This document shows positions 1-8,303 of a DNA stretch of 64,000 nt, piece after piece. A program made the translations under genes and the position numbers. The notes below the pieces were generated by a model. The model saw only the letters and a program-made list of their open reading frames with translations. It did no database searches and was not told where the DNA came from. Position 1 is the stretch's first letter, and each line of letters begins with the position of its first letter. Source of the stretch: Nitrososphaerales archaeon (GTDB taxonomy: Archaea; Thermoproteota; Nitrososphaeria; Nitrososphaerales; UBA57); NCBI GenBank assembly GCA_047517285.1, contig JAKZTE010000001.1:27498-91497 (forward strand), in the 5' to 3' direction.

Positions 1-2
1 AT

Positions 3-410
3 CATAAAGATAACATCCCCCCAAACTATATTCCTTCTCGGAATTTAATTTTCTACTCGATTGCATTCTGGTGGGCAGAAACAACTGGAATTGAAACTAT
101 TGTTGGAGGACATAATAAGAATGATATTAATTCATTTCCTGATTCTAATGATGGGTTCTTTCAACATTTGAATCAATTAGTCAATGATTCAACATATGGA
201 TCACGTGAAATTTCATATAAGATACGTATGCCATTAAGTGGACTTAACAAAAGACAAGTAATTGAGGAAGCTTTACGTCTAAACGTACCACTTGAATTAA
301 CATGGTCTTGTGAAAGACAAGAAGATGTTCCATGCAAATTTTGTCGATCCTGTAAATTAAGAATCGATAGTTTTTCCGGACTAGGAATCCAAGATCCACT
401 AACTAAATAA
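3..410 (+). CDS. queC: preQ0 synthase QueC (7-cyano-7-deazaguanine synthase), C-terminal part; 5' end lies outside the window
   Basis: The frame is open from nt 3. My translation reads HKDNIPPNYIPSRNLIFYSIAFWWAETTGIETIVGGHNKNDINSFPDSNDGFF..., ending in the Cys cluster WSCERQEDVPCKFCRSCKLR typical of QueC/ExsB. The ORF track shows only the internal TTG-started piece 168..410. Confidence 0.7.
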   Translation, partial: HKDNIPPNYIPSRNLIFYSIAFWWAETTGIETIVGGHNKNDINSFPDSNDGFFQHLNQLVNDSTYGSREISYKIRMPLSGLNKRQVIEEALRLNVPLELTWSCERQEDVPCKFCRSCKLRIDSFSGLGIQDPLTK

Positions 411-419
411 TTAGCACTA

Positions 420-1217
420 TTGCCCTTTCGTTCATTAATTTTATATTATATCATGCACCTGTATAAAAATAACCGAGAGGATTATTTGTTAGACAAATCA
501 AAACAAAAGAAATTTTCATCTACTGATACTCTACCTGATATTCAGAATCAGAGCTCTTCTGTAGACGTTTCAGCAGGAATCTCAAATTTCAAAACTCTAT
601 ACAATGGCAATGTAGGCCCCTTATTTCTTAATTTTACCATCAGTGTCTCTACTCAGAATACTCGCGGAGTTCATATGAGCCGTTTAATTAAATCCACCCT
701 AAACCACACATCTGGCAGATACATTGAAGACTCGCTCATAAAAATTCATGATGAAATAACCCAAACGCAACCTAATTGTATCATTAATGTAAAATTCCAA
801 TTTCCTGTACAAGATCAATTTCTTGATACATCTATTACACTAGATCCGAACAAAGACTTTGATTATGTGTTTAAACTTACGGGCATTACCTCATGTCCTT
901 GTAGTAAAGCAATCTCTGGAGTTGGCCACATGCAAAGAACAATACTTACTCTCAAGTTACATCAGACTGACATGATAAATTTCGAAGAAGTTGCACTAAA
1001 TCTTAACGAATGTTTCTCTGCAAGTCTGAAAGAATTTCTTAACCGAGCAGACGAGGCAAACAAAATCATCGAAGCTCAAGATAACTCGAAGTTTGTTGAA
1101 GATGTAGTTCGTGATTGCTTAAAGAGATTTACTAATGCTAAATACATTCATGCACAAAGTTTAGAGTCAATTCATTCACACGACGCCATTGCAACATGGC
1201 CTGAAAATAGTATCTGA
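420..1217 (+). CDS. folE2: GTP cyclohydrolase FolE2/MptA family (type IB)
   Basis: Motifs TRGVHMSRL and TSCPCSKAIS match the FolE2/MptA signatures (GxHMSRF, CPCSK). The track start at 420 is TTG; the in-frame ATG at 453 is the more likely start. The gene is adjacent to queC. Confidence 0.7.
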   Translation: MPFRSLILYYIMHLYKNNREDYLLDKSKQKKFSSTDTLPDIQNQSSSVDVSAGISNFKTLYNGNVGPLFLNFTISVSTQNTRGVHMSRLIKSTLNHTSGRYIEDSLIKIHDEITQTQPNCIINVKFQFPVQDQFLDTSITLDPNKDFDYVFKLTGITSCPCSKAISGVGHMQRTILTLKLHQTDMINFEEVALNLNECFSASLKEFLNRADEANKIIEAQDNSKFVEDVVRDCLKRFTNAKYIHAQSLESIHSHDAIATWPENSI

Positions 1218-1234
1218 TTATTAATCAATTACTC

Positions 1235-1873
1235 TTAGCGATTCGCTGTTTTCATTACTGTCAAAAATTCTTCTTTATTCTCAAACTGAAGAAATGAATT
1301 ATGTCGTTTCTCATATCTGATGCTTGAAATCAGTCTAGACCCATAATCATGTCCAGGACAAATCTTTACATGGTCATCTAATTTCATAATCTTCTGAAAA
1401 CTTTTGAATAAGTCGGATTCTTTTCCACCTGGAAGATCGGTTCTTCCACATCCGCCTACAAATAATGTATCCCCTGTGAACAGATAGTTTTTCTTAGTAT
1501 CCGTTTTGTCAGATAATAAATAACATATTCCATCAGGTGTGTGTCCAGGAGTATGCATTATCCTTAAAGTTAATGCATCTAATTTTATCACTTCTTTATC
1601 CTTTAACCCTCTGTCTATACGTGTTGGTGAACTTTTATGTGCACAAATCTTCCCACCTGTTCTTTGCGCCGCTTCTTTATTTCCTATAGTATGATCCCAA
1701 TGGCTATGAGTATTGAAAATATATTTTATATTGATATCTAACTTTCTTACTGCAGTTATTACTTTATCAATATCATAAGAAGGGTCAATAATGAATCCGT
1801 TTCTTGTTTCACTATCGCCCACAACGTAAGTAAAATTTTTCATATTTCCGACGATAATCTGCATAAAATTCAT
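1235..1873 (-). CDS. MBL-fold metallo-hydrolase (glyoxalase II-like)
   Basis: Carries the HxHxDH motif (HTHSHWDH), plus downstream HTPGHT and GDTLF typical of the metallo-beta-lactamase fold. Confidence 0.8.
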   Translation of the reverse strand: MNFMQIIVGNMKNFTYVVGDSETRNGFIIDPSYDIDKVITAVRKLDINIKYIFNTHSHWDHTIGNKEAAQRTGGKICAHKSSPTRIDRGLKDKEVIKLDALTLRIMHTPGHTPDGICYLLSDKTDTKKNYLFTGDTLFVGGCGRTDLPGGKESDLFKSFQKIMKLDDHVKICPGHDYGSRLISSIRYEKRHNSFLQFENKEEFLTVMKTANR

Positions 1874-1918
1874 AAATTCTATATTTCCTACAATATGATT
1901 CTAATTGACGAATATATA

Positions 1919-2590
1919 CTATGGGTTATTTTCCAATTCAGGTGGTATTCCTATATCTACAATAACAATTTCACCAGTTATTTCATCTTTATCCAATAAT
2001 CCATCTTTACTCTTATGAAACGTTACAGTTAATTCTGCTTTTACAACATCACTAGAGATACTTCCATCCAATGGACTAAGTCCTGACGGAACATCTACTG
2101 CCACTATTGACTTTCCACTTTTGTTGATCTGATAAATCACATTCTCAAATTGTTCTTTTAGATCACCATGTAATCCAGTACCAAATAATGCATCTATGAT
2201 GATATCACATCTATTTATTTCATATTCACACTCATCTAAAAAATTACTATTCTGAAAAAATTCAATTTTCTTTATGTTTTTTATCTTATTAATTCTATTC
2301 CAATTTGTTCTTATTTCATCTGTTTTTAATTCCCCATCGATATTCAGTAAACAAATAGTTATGCCATCTGAAAATTCTAACAAATGTCTAGCACACACTA
2401 ATCCGTCTCCTCCATTATTTCCGCTACCACAAATTATTGTGATCTTCTTTGATGGTTTACTTGCATACCGCTTCTTAATTATTTTAGCTAATTGCAATCC
2501 GGCATTTTCCATTAAAACTAGTTTTGATATGCCCATTCGTTCTGCCATATCTTCCAAGGCCTTCATTTTGTCTGGATGAATTGATTCCAA
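1919..2590 (-). CDS. NAD(P)H-hydrate epimerase (YjeF N-terminal domain protein)
   Basis: The GSGNNGGDG motif and DALFGTG are characteristic of the YjeF_N/AIBP family. Confidence 0.8.
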   Translation of the reverse strand: MESIHPDKMKALEDMAERMGISKLVLMENAGLQLAKIIKKRYASKPSKKITIICGSGNNGGDGLVCARHLLEFSDGITICLLNIDGELKTDEIRTNWNRINKIKNIKKIEFFQNSNFLDECEYEINRCDIIIDALFGTGLHGDLKEQFENVIYQINKSGKSIVAVDVPSGLSPLDGSISSDVVKAELTVTFHKSKDGLLDKDEITGEIVIVDIGIPPELENNP

Positions 2591-2634
2591 TTAATACATA
2601 AATTTAAGTTAAACCAGTATTAATAAAATAGTAT

Positions 2635-2769
2635 ATGGAAGGTAGAAACTGTTCAGTTTGTAGTAAACCTATGGATAAAGTCCCCGTAAGCGATCATATT
2701 GATTTTGTATGTATATCTTGTGGCCCTTCTAGTCCTATATTCTGCACTAAAGATAACAAAGAACGCTGA
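2635..2769 (+). CDS. small zinc-ribbon protein (44 aa), hypothetical
   Basis: Translated by hand because it is below the ORF-track cutoff: MEGRNCSVCSKPMDKVPVSDHIDFVCISCGPSSPIFCTKDNKER. It has two CxxC pairs and fills an otherwise empty 235-nt gap. Confidence 0.4.
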   Translation: MEGRNCSVCSKPMDKVPVSDHIDFVCISCGPSSPIFCTKDNKER

Positions 2770-2825
2770 AATTATTGCTGTTTTTACTTTCTTAAATATT
2801 CAGTTCTACATTTTATAATCAATAT

Positions 2826-3455
2826 ATGAAAATACTGCCAAATTACGATAATCAAGATCTCCCTACAATTACTTCTACTCAATTTCTCAATCTCTTTGAC
2901 CATGAAATTTCTACGATCTATATGGAAACATCTAACACTAGAAAAAAAATTATTCCCATATTCTTATCTTCCACATCTGATTCAACACTAAATATCTATC
3001 TTGATTTTGACGCGTGGTTTCGTAGTTATCTGAGTATCTCCGAAAATAATCCACATGTATTACTATTTAAACCAACACAAATCAATCTTGAAGATTCACT
3101 TATTTCTCTCTTCTCTTGGACTAGACCAAAATTTGACTATCTAATTGTCGATTCGATTCCGTCATTTTACAAATTGATTAACAATGGAACTGAACCTAAT
3201 CGCGCAAGTGAATTATTATTTTATTATTTATCTTCATTAAGAAATTTTGTATGTAATGCTAATGCAAAAATGATATTACTAAACCTGCCAGCCTACAAAT
3301 CTCTTCCAAAGTCGAATACTAAATATATAGGAATGAAAGTTCTTAATCATGTCAGCGATACTATACTATACATGGATACTATTAACAATAAAACAAATAT
3401 TCACATTTTTAATAATGATCTTTCTGTAGAAAGATCTGTAAATCTAGAAAATTAA
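2826..3455 (+). CDS. RadB/RecA-fold-like protein with degenerate P-loop (hypothetical)
   Basis: FDYLIVDSIPSFYKL resembles the RecA/RadB Walker B strand (hhhhDS). NANAKMILLNLP and SDTILYMD parallel later RadB strands. Where GxxxxGKT is expected the sequence is YMETSNTRKK. Confidence 0.35.
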   Translation: MKILPNYDNQDLPTITSTQFLNLFDHEISTIYMETSNTRKKIIPIFLSSTSDSTLNIYLDFDAWFRSYLSISENNPHVLLFKPTQINLEDSLISLFSWTRPKFDYLIVDSIPSFYKLINNGTEPNRASELLFYYLSSLRNFVCNANAKMILLNLPAYKSLPKSNTKYIGMKVLNHVSDTILYMDTINNKTNIHIFNNDLSVERSVNLEN

Positions 3456-3877
3456 CCGCCTTTTAATGAAACCAAAAAGAAACCAATAATTAATCCAATA
3501 AATACTAAACTAAGACCTGAAATAATATACGCTGCTGTTGTTCTTCCCTTTGTAACTTGTTTAGTCGATCTGCTGATGAAAACAAAACCCAATGTACCAC
3601 ATAGTATTGCCGAACTAAAAATGACTGTTTCTGCTAGTGTCTGAGCCTGAAAATTTGCTATTATTGGTTGTCCTGATTGAGCATATCTAGATCCTTCTAA
3701 TAACGCATTGACAATACCAGTAGTAAATAAAACCATTAAAGTAATGTAAGCAAACTTCAAACCCCGTGTTTGAAATATTGACGATACAGAATTAAATGTA
3801 CTTTTTATAAATCCTACGCGCCTTATTCTGAAAAATATATTATTTGTTACCGAATCAATTTTCTGTTTTATTACCAT
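3452..3877 (-). CDS. hypothetical membrane protein
   Basis: Carries 3-4 hydrophobic segments and no recognised motif. Confidence 0.4.
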   Translation of the reverse strand: MVIKQKIDSVTNNIFFRIRRVGFIKSTFNSVSSIFQTRGLKFAYITLMVLFTTGIVNALLEGSRYAQSGQPIIANFQAQTLAETVIFSSAILCGTLGFVFISRSTKQVTKGRTTAAYIISGLSLVFIGLIIGFFLVSLKGG

Positions 3878-3886
3878 CTTATCTTC

Positions 3887-4102
3887 TTACCTTCCTAATT
3901 CATCCATTATTACTTGTTTTACCAATGTTCCAGTTGTTGATATTTCTAATAAGGTTTTCAGATACTGTTTCCTTTCTATGTAATCTACTCTATTTTTCCA
4001 AATCACATAACCTGAATTCAAGTTATCTAAGGCATTATTATGATATATGCAAAATTTACCTTTATTTTCTACAGTATTGTCACATAATTTACAAATATTC
4101 AT
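3887..4102 (-). CDS. small Cys/His zinc-finger protein, hypothetical
   Basis: N-terminal CKLCDNTVENKGKFCIYH (CxxC...CxxH). Its start overlaps the topA stop (4099-4102), which suggests co-translation. Confidence 0.4.
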   Translation of the reverse strand: MNICKLCDNTVENKGKFCIYHNNALDNLNSGYVIWKNRVDYIERKQYLKTLLEISTTGTLVKQVIMDELGR

Positions 4103-6201
4103 TTTTTCCTCTCTTTATTTTTACATTCTGGATTAGAACAAAAGTTCCATGGCTTTCCTTTGTACGAAGTTCTAATTTTTGGCCAAGAACACTTTATACA
4201 ACCATTTTTCTGTATTCTTATATATCCAAATTTTGGTAACGGTGATTTCATATTGCATTTATCCTTCATACTTCTTGAACAAACTAATGCACGATTTTTT
4301 GAATTTGACGTAATTATTAAATCACCTTCTTGACAAATAGTACACTTTCCTAGTGGTTTATTTGTTACAGGTTTGTTGTTTATCTTATCAGTTGCGGCAA
4401 TTAATACCCTGCCAATATTTTTATCATTTTCTTGGATAGATTTTATTATCAAGTCGAGGTCCTTTTTTGTCTTTTCTATAACCTGTTCTGATGTTATCGC
4501 GTTATTCTCTATTTCTCTTAAATTTTCTTCCATCCTCTTTGTCATTTCTGCCGATAATATTTCTGGCGAATAATCCTTCAGTGTATTGACCAGGGCTTTA
4601 GCTAACTCGGTTGGCGTTAATTCATTCTCATCTACGTACATTCTATCAATTATCGTACGAATAATATTCGCTCTTGTAGATTTAGTTCCAATTTCTTCCT
4701 TTTCCATTTTTTGCACAAGCGTCATTTGATTATACGAACTAACAGGTTCTTCGAAATTTTCAACTATTTTCATTCGTTTGATTTTTAGTTCATCTCCTAC
4801 AGCTAAATCTACCATGTCTTCCTTTTTTGCAGAATTTTCATTCCAACCTTGATCTGTTATTCTTTTAAAAGACGTATAAAAATCATATTTTCCAATTTTA
4901 AAACATACATCTCTTTTTTTGCCAATTGATGGCTCTCTAAACAAATTAAGAAATCTTTTTACAATTAAATTGAATATTTTCTTCTCTATGTCTGTTAATT
5001 TACTGATTGTAGTTTTTCCAGTAGGATAAATACTCGGATGTGCATTATCTGATCCTTTACCCTGAGTCGGACTGATATGCTGTTCTTTCAACAGCGTATT
5101 TGCCACATCTCTGAATTCAGATAAATTACTCAACTCTAAAATTATGCGACGACAATCCAGATTATGAGGTAATTTTTGACTATTTGTTCTAGGGTATGAA
5201 ATCAATGCATTTAGATAAAGTTTCTCCGCAATACTTAGTGTCTGGTGAGGATTTAATCTATAGAGTCTAAAAGCTTCTTTTTGTAATCCACTTAGGTTGA
5301 ACGGAATGGGAGGATTAATTTTGAAGCTAGATTCTTCAATTTTTTTTACTAATGCTTGTTCACCCTTACAATCATCAAGAATTATTTTTGCATTTTTATT
5401 TTTTAATATTTTCTGCTCAATATAATGAATCTTAATCCATTTTCCACTCTCATTCTTTATAGAATTGACGTACGTGTTTATTGACCAAAATGGCAATGGA
5501 ACGTGTGTTTCTCTTAATAATTCATTTTCCACTACATATGCAATAGTAGGCCCTTGAACTCGTCCAACACTTAATGTCCTGTACTTTTTACTGCTTGTCA
5601 TAAAAGCTCGTGTTAACGCCCTTGAAATATTCATTCCATATAAAAAATCTATTTCATGACGAGTTAGGCCAGCATAAGCTAAATTTATATTAATATTATT
5701 ATCCATATTCGCAAAAGCACTTTTTATATCATCTTCCATTAATGTAGAAAATTTTACACGCTTTGCAACATTTTGTTTTTCCTTACATGCATACTTCAAT
5801 ATATTATATCCGATTGTTTCACCTTCTTGGTCTAAGTCACAAGCAAGAATGAATTCCATTGCATTTTTTGATAATTTCTCGATAACCTTTATTCTTGCAT
5901 TTACCATTTTTGCTCTACTCTTTATTGATCTACTAATTGGCACCCATGAATAATCATATCTCGGTAATTTCTGTCGTTTTTTTATTAAATTTAGTGTATA
6001 AAGATGACCTATTGCAGAACATAATACATAATTTCTTTTTTTATACGTAACTAGGAATACATTTGTGTTGAAAATTTTTATCGTTTTATATCTATTATCT
6101 GATAATGCTTCTGAAATCTTTCTGGCAGCTTCAGATTTCTCACAAATTACTAGAGAATATTCTTCCACCCCTATGATGTCTTTTAGCTCTGATTTTTTCA
6201 T
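4099..6201 (-). CDS. topA: DNA topoisomerase I (type IA)
   Basis: Has an N-terminal Toprim domain (CEKSEAARKI, DLDQEGE), the active-site Tyr motif ISYPRTNS, and C-terminal Cys-rich zinc ribbons. Confidence 0.9.
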   Translation of the reverse strand: MKKSELKDIIGVEEYSLVICEKSEAARKISEALSDNRYKTIKIFNTNVFLVTYKKRNYVLCSAIGHLYTLNLIKKRQKLPRYDYSWVPISRSIKSRAKMVNARIKVIEKLSKNAMEFILACDLDQEGETIGYNILKYACKEKQNVAKRVKFSTLMEDDIKSAFANMDNNININLAYAGLTRHEIDFLYGMNISRALTRAFMTSSKKYRTLSVGRVQGPTIAYVVENELLRETHVPLPFWSINTYVNSIKNESGKWIKIHYIEQKILKNKNAKIILDDCKGEQALVKKIEESSFKINPPIPFNLSGLQKEAFRLYRLNPHQTLSIAEKLYLNALISYPRTNSQKLPHNLDCRRIILELSNLSEFRDVANTLLKEQHISPTQGKGSDNAHPSIYPTGKTTISKLTDIEKKIFNLIVKRFLNLFREPSIGKKRDVCFKIGKYDFYTSFKRITDQGWNENSAKKEDMVDLAVGDELKIKRMKIVENFEEPVSSYNQMTLVQKMEKEEIGTKSTRANIIRTIIDRMYVDENELTPTELAKALVNTLKDYSPEILSAEMTKRMEENLREIENNAITSEQVIEKTKKDLDLIIKSIQENDKNIGRVLIAATDKINNKPVTNKPLGKCTICQEGDLIITSNSKNRALVCSRSMKDKCNMKSPLPKFGYIRIQKNGCIKCSWPKIRTSYKGKPWNFCSNPECKNKERKK

Positions 6202-6296
6202 CTACTTAATTGTTGTCTATTAAATTACTTAACTCTAAATAGCGCTATTTCATGTTATATCTTTAAAACCTTAATTCTTAGAATTGAATAATTATT

Positions 6297-8303
6297 ATGA
6301 TGCGGAAAAATTTTGTCATACTTCTTATATTCATACTTATTTCAAACCCAGTTTTTCTCCCACAAATCTCATCTAATTCAAATGTAACAGGAAACGGAAT
6401 CACTATTGCAATTATCGATACCGGAATTGATTATAATCATCCTGATCTGGGAGGAGGTTTTGGCGATGGTAGGACCGTGATTGGCGGTTATGACTTTATT
6501 GATGATGATTCTGATCCAATGGATGAACTCGGTCACGGAACACATATTGCAGGAATAATAATCAACATTGCTCCTAATTCAAAACTATTGGCTTATCGGG
6601 TTGTTGATTACAACGGTCTCGTCAAATCAAGTGACGTAATTCGAGCAATGGATTTAGCTATTTCCGATGGAGCTGACGTAATTAATCTTAGTTTAGGGAG
6701 TATGTCTGAGTCAAACGAACTTCGAAAATCAATTAAACAACTTACTAATTCAGGTATAATTGTTGTAACTGCTGTTGGTAACAGCGGACCAATTTTTGGT
6801 AGTATTGGTGATCCAGCACAGTATGAAGACGTAATTTCTGTCGGTTCGCAATACACTGATGAAGTAAATTCAACCTTGGCAATAATTAATATTGATAGTA
6901 TTGAGGAAGACCTAATTGGCTTACCTCTGACTGACTCCGTGCCTCTCACTGATAATCTAAACGCCGAACTCAAATTTGTTAATTATGCACGCAATGAAGA
7001 TCTTATCGGAATTGATTTATCGGGTAAAATAGCTGTTGCAAAAAGACGTGGAGCAGAACCTAGTGACATTGTCTATTTCTCACAAAAAGAATCTAACGTG
7101 GCTAAAAATGGAGCATTAGGACTTATAATAATCAACACGATGCCCGGTTTAATCAAAGGTAGATTGCTTCATCCTGGTATGGCTATTGATTACAAACCAA
7201 GTATTCCTACTTTATTAATTACACAGGAAGACGGAGAAAAGATTCTTGAATATATAGAAGAATCAAATACCACTATTACTATGTCATTTCGTAACGATAA
7301 TCTTACAAACTTTGTTTCATTGTTTAGTTCTCGTGGACCCGTATCCTCTTTTTACACTAAACCTGATTTAGTTTCATTTGGCGAACAAGTTAATTCTACT
7401 TGGCTGGATAATTCTTACAAATTTCAAAACGGAACAAGTTTTTCAGCACCACAAGTTACTGGTACTGTCGCCTTGTTGTTGGAACTACACGGTGATCTCA
7501 ACAAAGATCAAATCCTTGGCATACTGGGGCCATCTGCGTCTCCATTAACTAATTCATATAATCTATATCTGCCATCCACTCTGCAAGGTTCAGGCAGTCT
7601 AAATATTGATAAAGCATTACAATCGCCTCTTTCTATTCATCAATCACAATTGTCTTTTAATCTTGGCAATCAACAACCAACTAACTCACAATTAATCACT
7701 TTAGAATCACTTGTATCAGATTCTCTTGAAATATCCCTTGATCATGACCTTCAAAACAAAGATATTGAAATCATTTTTAATTCAAGTACCTTTGTATTAA
7801 ATGGAAAAGAATCTGTTGTTGTTGAATTAAATAATAATTTACTCAAATCAATTCAGGAATCTCACGTTGATGAATTCCGACTTCTAATCAAAACTAATTA
7901 TTCCAATACTGTATTTACCATACCTGTATCAACTTACTTCCACACAATCTCTCTTGATATTGAAAATAACTCTGAATCTCATATTGTCCGCATTTTGGGA
8001 ATTGAAAACTATGATCAAGCTTTGTTACGTATATATAATACAGACAATGCCGAGGTTGACGAACAAATTTTCTCATTCAATGAAGAAATACTCCTAAACT
8101 TATCGCCAGGAACTTATTGGATTAATGCCATAATTTCTTCAAACGACAATTTCGAATTTGGCGGAATCGAATATATCGTCAATCCTAATTCTAATCTATC
8201 CATACTTGATTCCAATTATGATTCGTCTACTTGGATTTATGCGATAATTATACTTATTTCAATAATGATTCTGGTATATTATACTAGAAAATCATCTTTG
8301 TAG
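6297..8303 (+). CDS. secreted/membrane-anchored subtilisin-like serine protease (S8) with PA-like insert
   Basis: Catalytic triad motifs are IIDTGIDYNHPDL (Asp), HGTHIAG (His) and GTSFSAPQVTG (Ser). It has an N-terminal signal/TM segment and a C-terminal TM anchor (WIYAIIILISIMILVYY). Confidence 0.9.
   Translation: MMRKNFVILLIFILISNPVFLPQISSNSNVTGNGITIAIIDTGIDYNHPDLGGGFGDGRTVIGGYDFIDDDSDPMDELGHGTHIAGIIINIAPNSKLLAYRVVDYNGLVKSSDVIRAMDLAISDGADVINLSLGSMSESNELRKSIKQLTNSGIIVVTAVGNSGPIFGSIGDPAQYEDVISVGSQYTDEVNSTLAIINIDSIEEDLIGLPLTDSVPLTDNLNAELKFVNYARNEDLIGIDLSGKIAVAKRRGAEPSDIVYFSQKESNVAKNGALGLIIINTMPGLIKGRLLHPGMAIDYKPSIPTLLITQEDGEKILEYIEESNTTITMSFRNDNLTNFVSLFSSRGPVSSFYTKPDLVSFGEQVNSTWLDNSYKFQNGTSFSAPQVTGTVALLLELHGDLNKDQILGILGPSASPLTNSYNLYLPSTLQGSGSLNIDKALQSPLSIHQSQLSFNLGNQQPTNSQLITLESLVSDSLEISLDHDLQNKDIEIIFNSSTFVLNGKESVVVELNNNLLKSIQESHVDEFRLLIKTNYSNTVFTIPVSTYFHTISLDIENNSESHIVRILGIENYDQALLRIYNTDNAEVDEQIFSFNEEILLNLSPGTYWINAIISSNDNFEFGGIEYIVNPNSNLSILDSNYDSSTWIYAIIILISIMILVYYTRKSSL

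Noticed and set aside
3844-4239. A 131-aa plus-strand ORF spanning the junction of three minus-strand genes.
   Set aside because: It overlaps the membrane protein, the small Zn-finger gene and the 3' end of topA. The Leu/Phe/Tyr-rich sequence looks like an AT-rich shadow frame.
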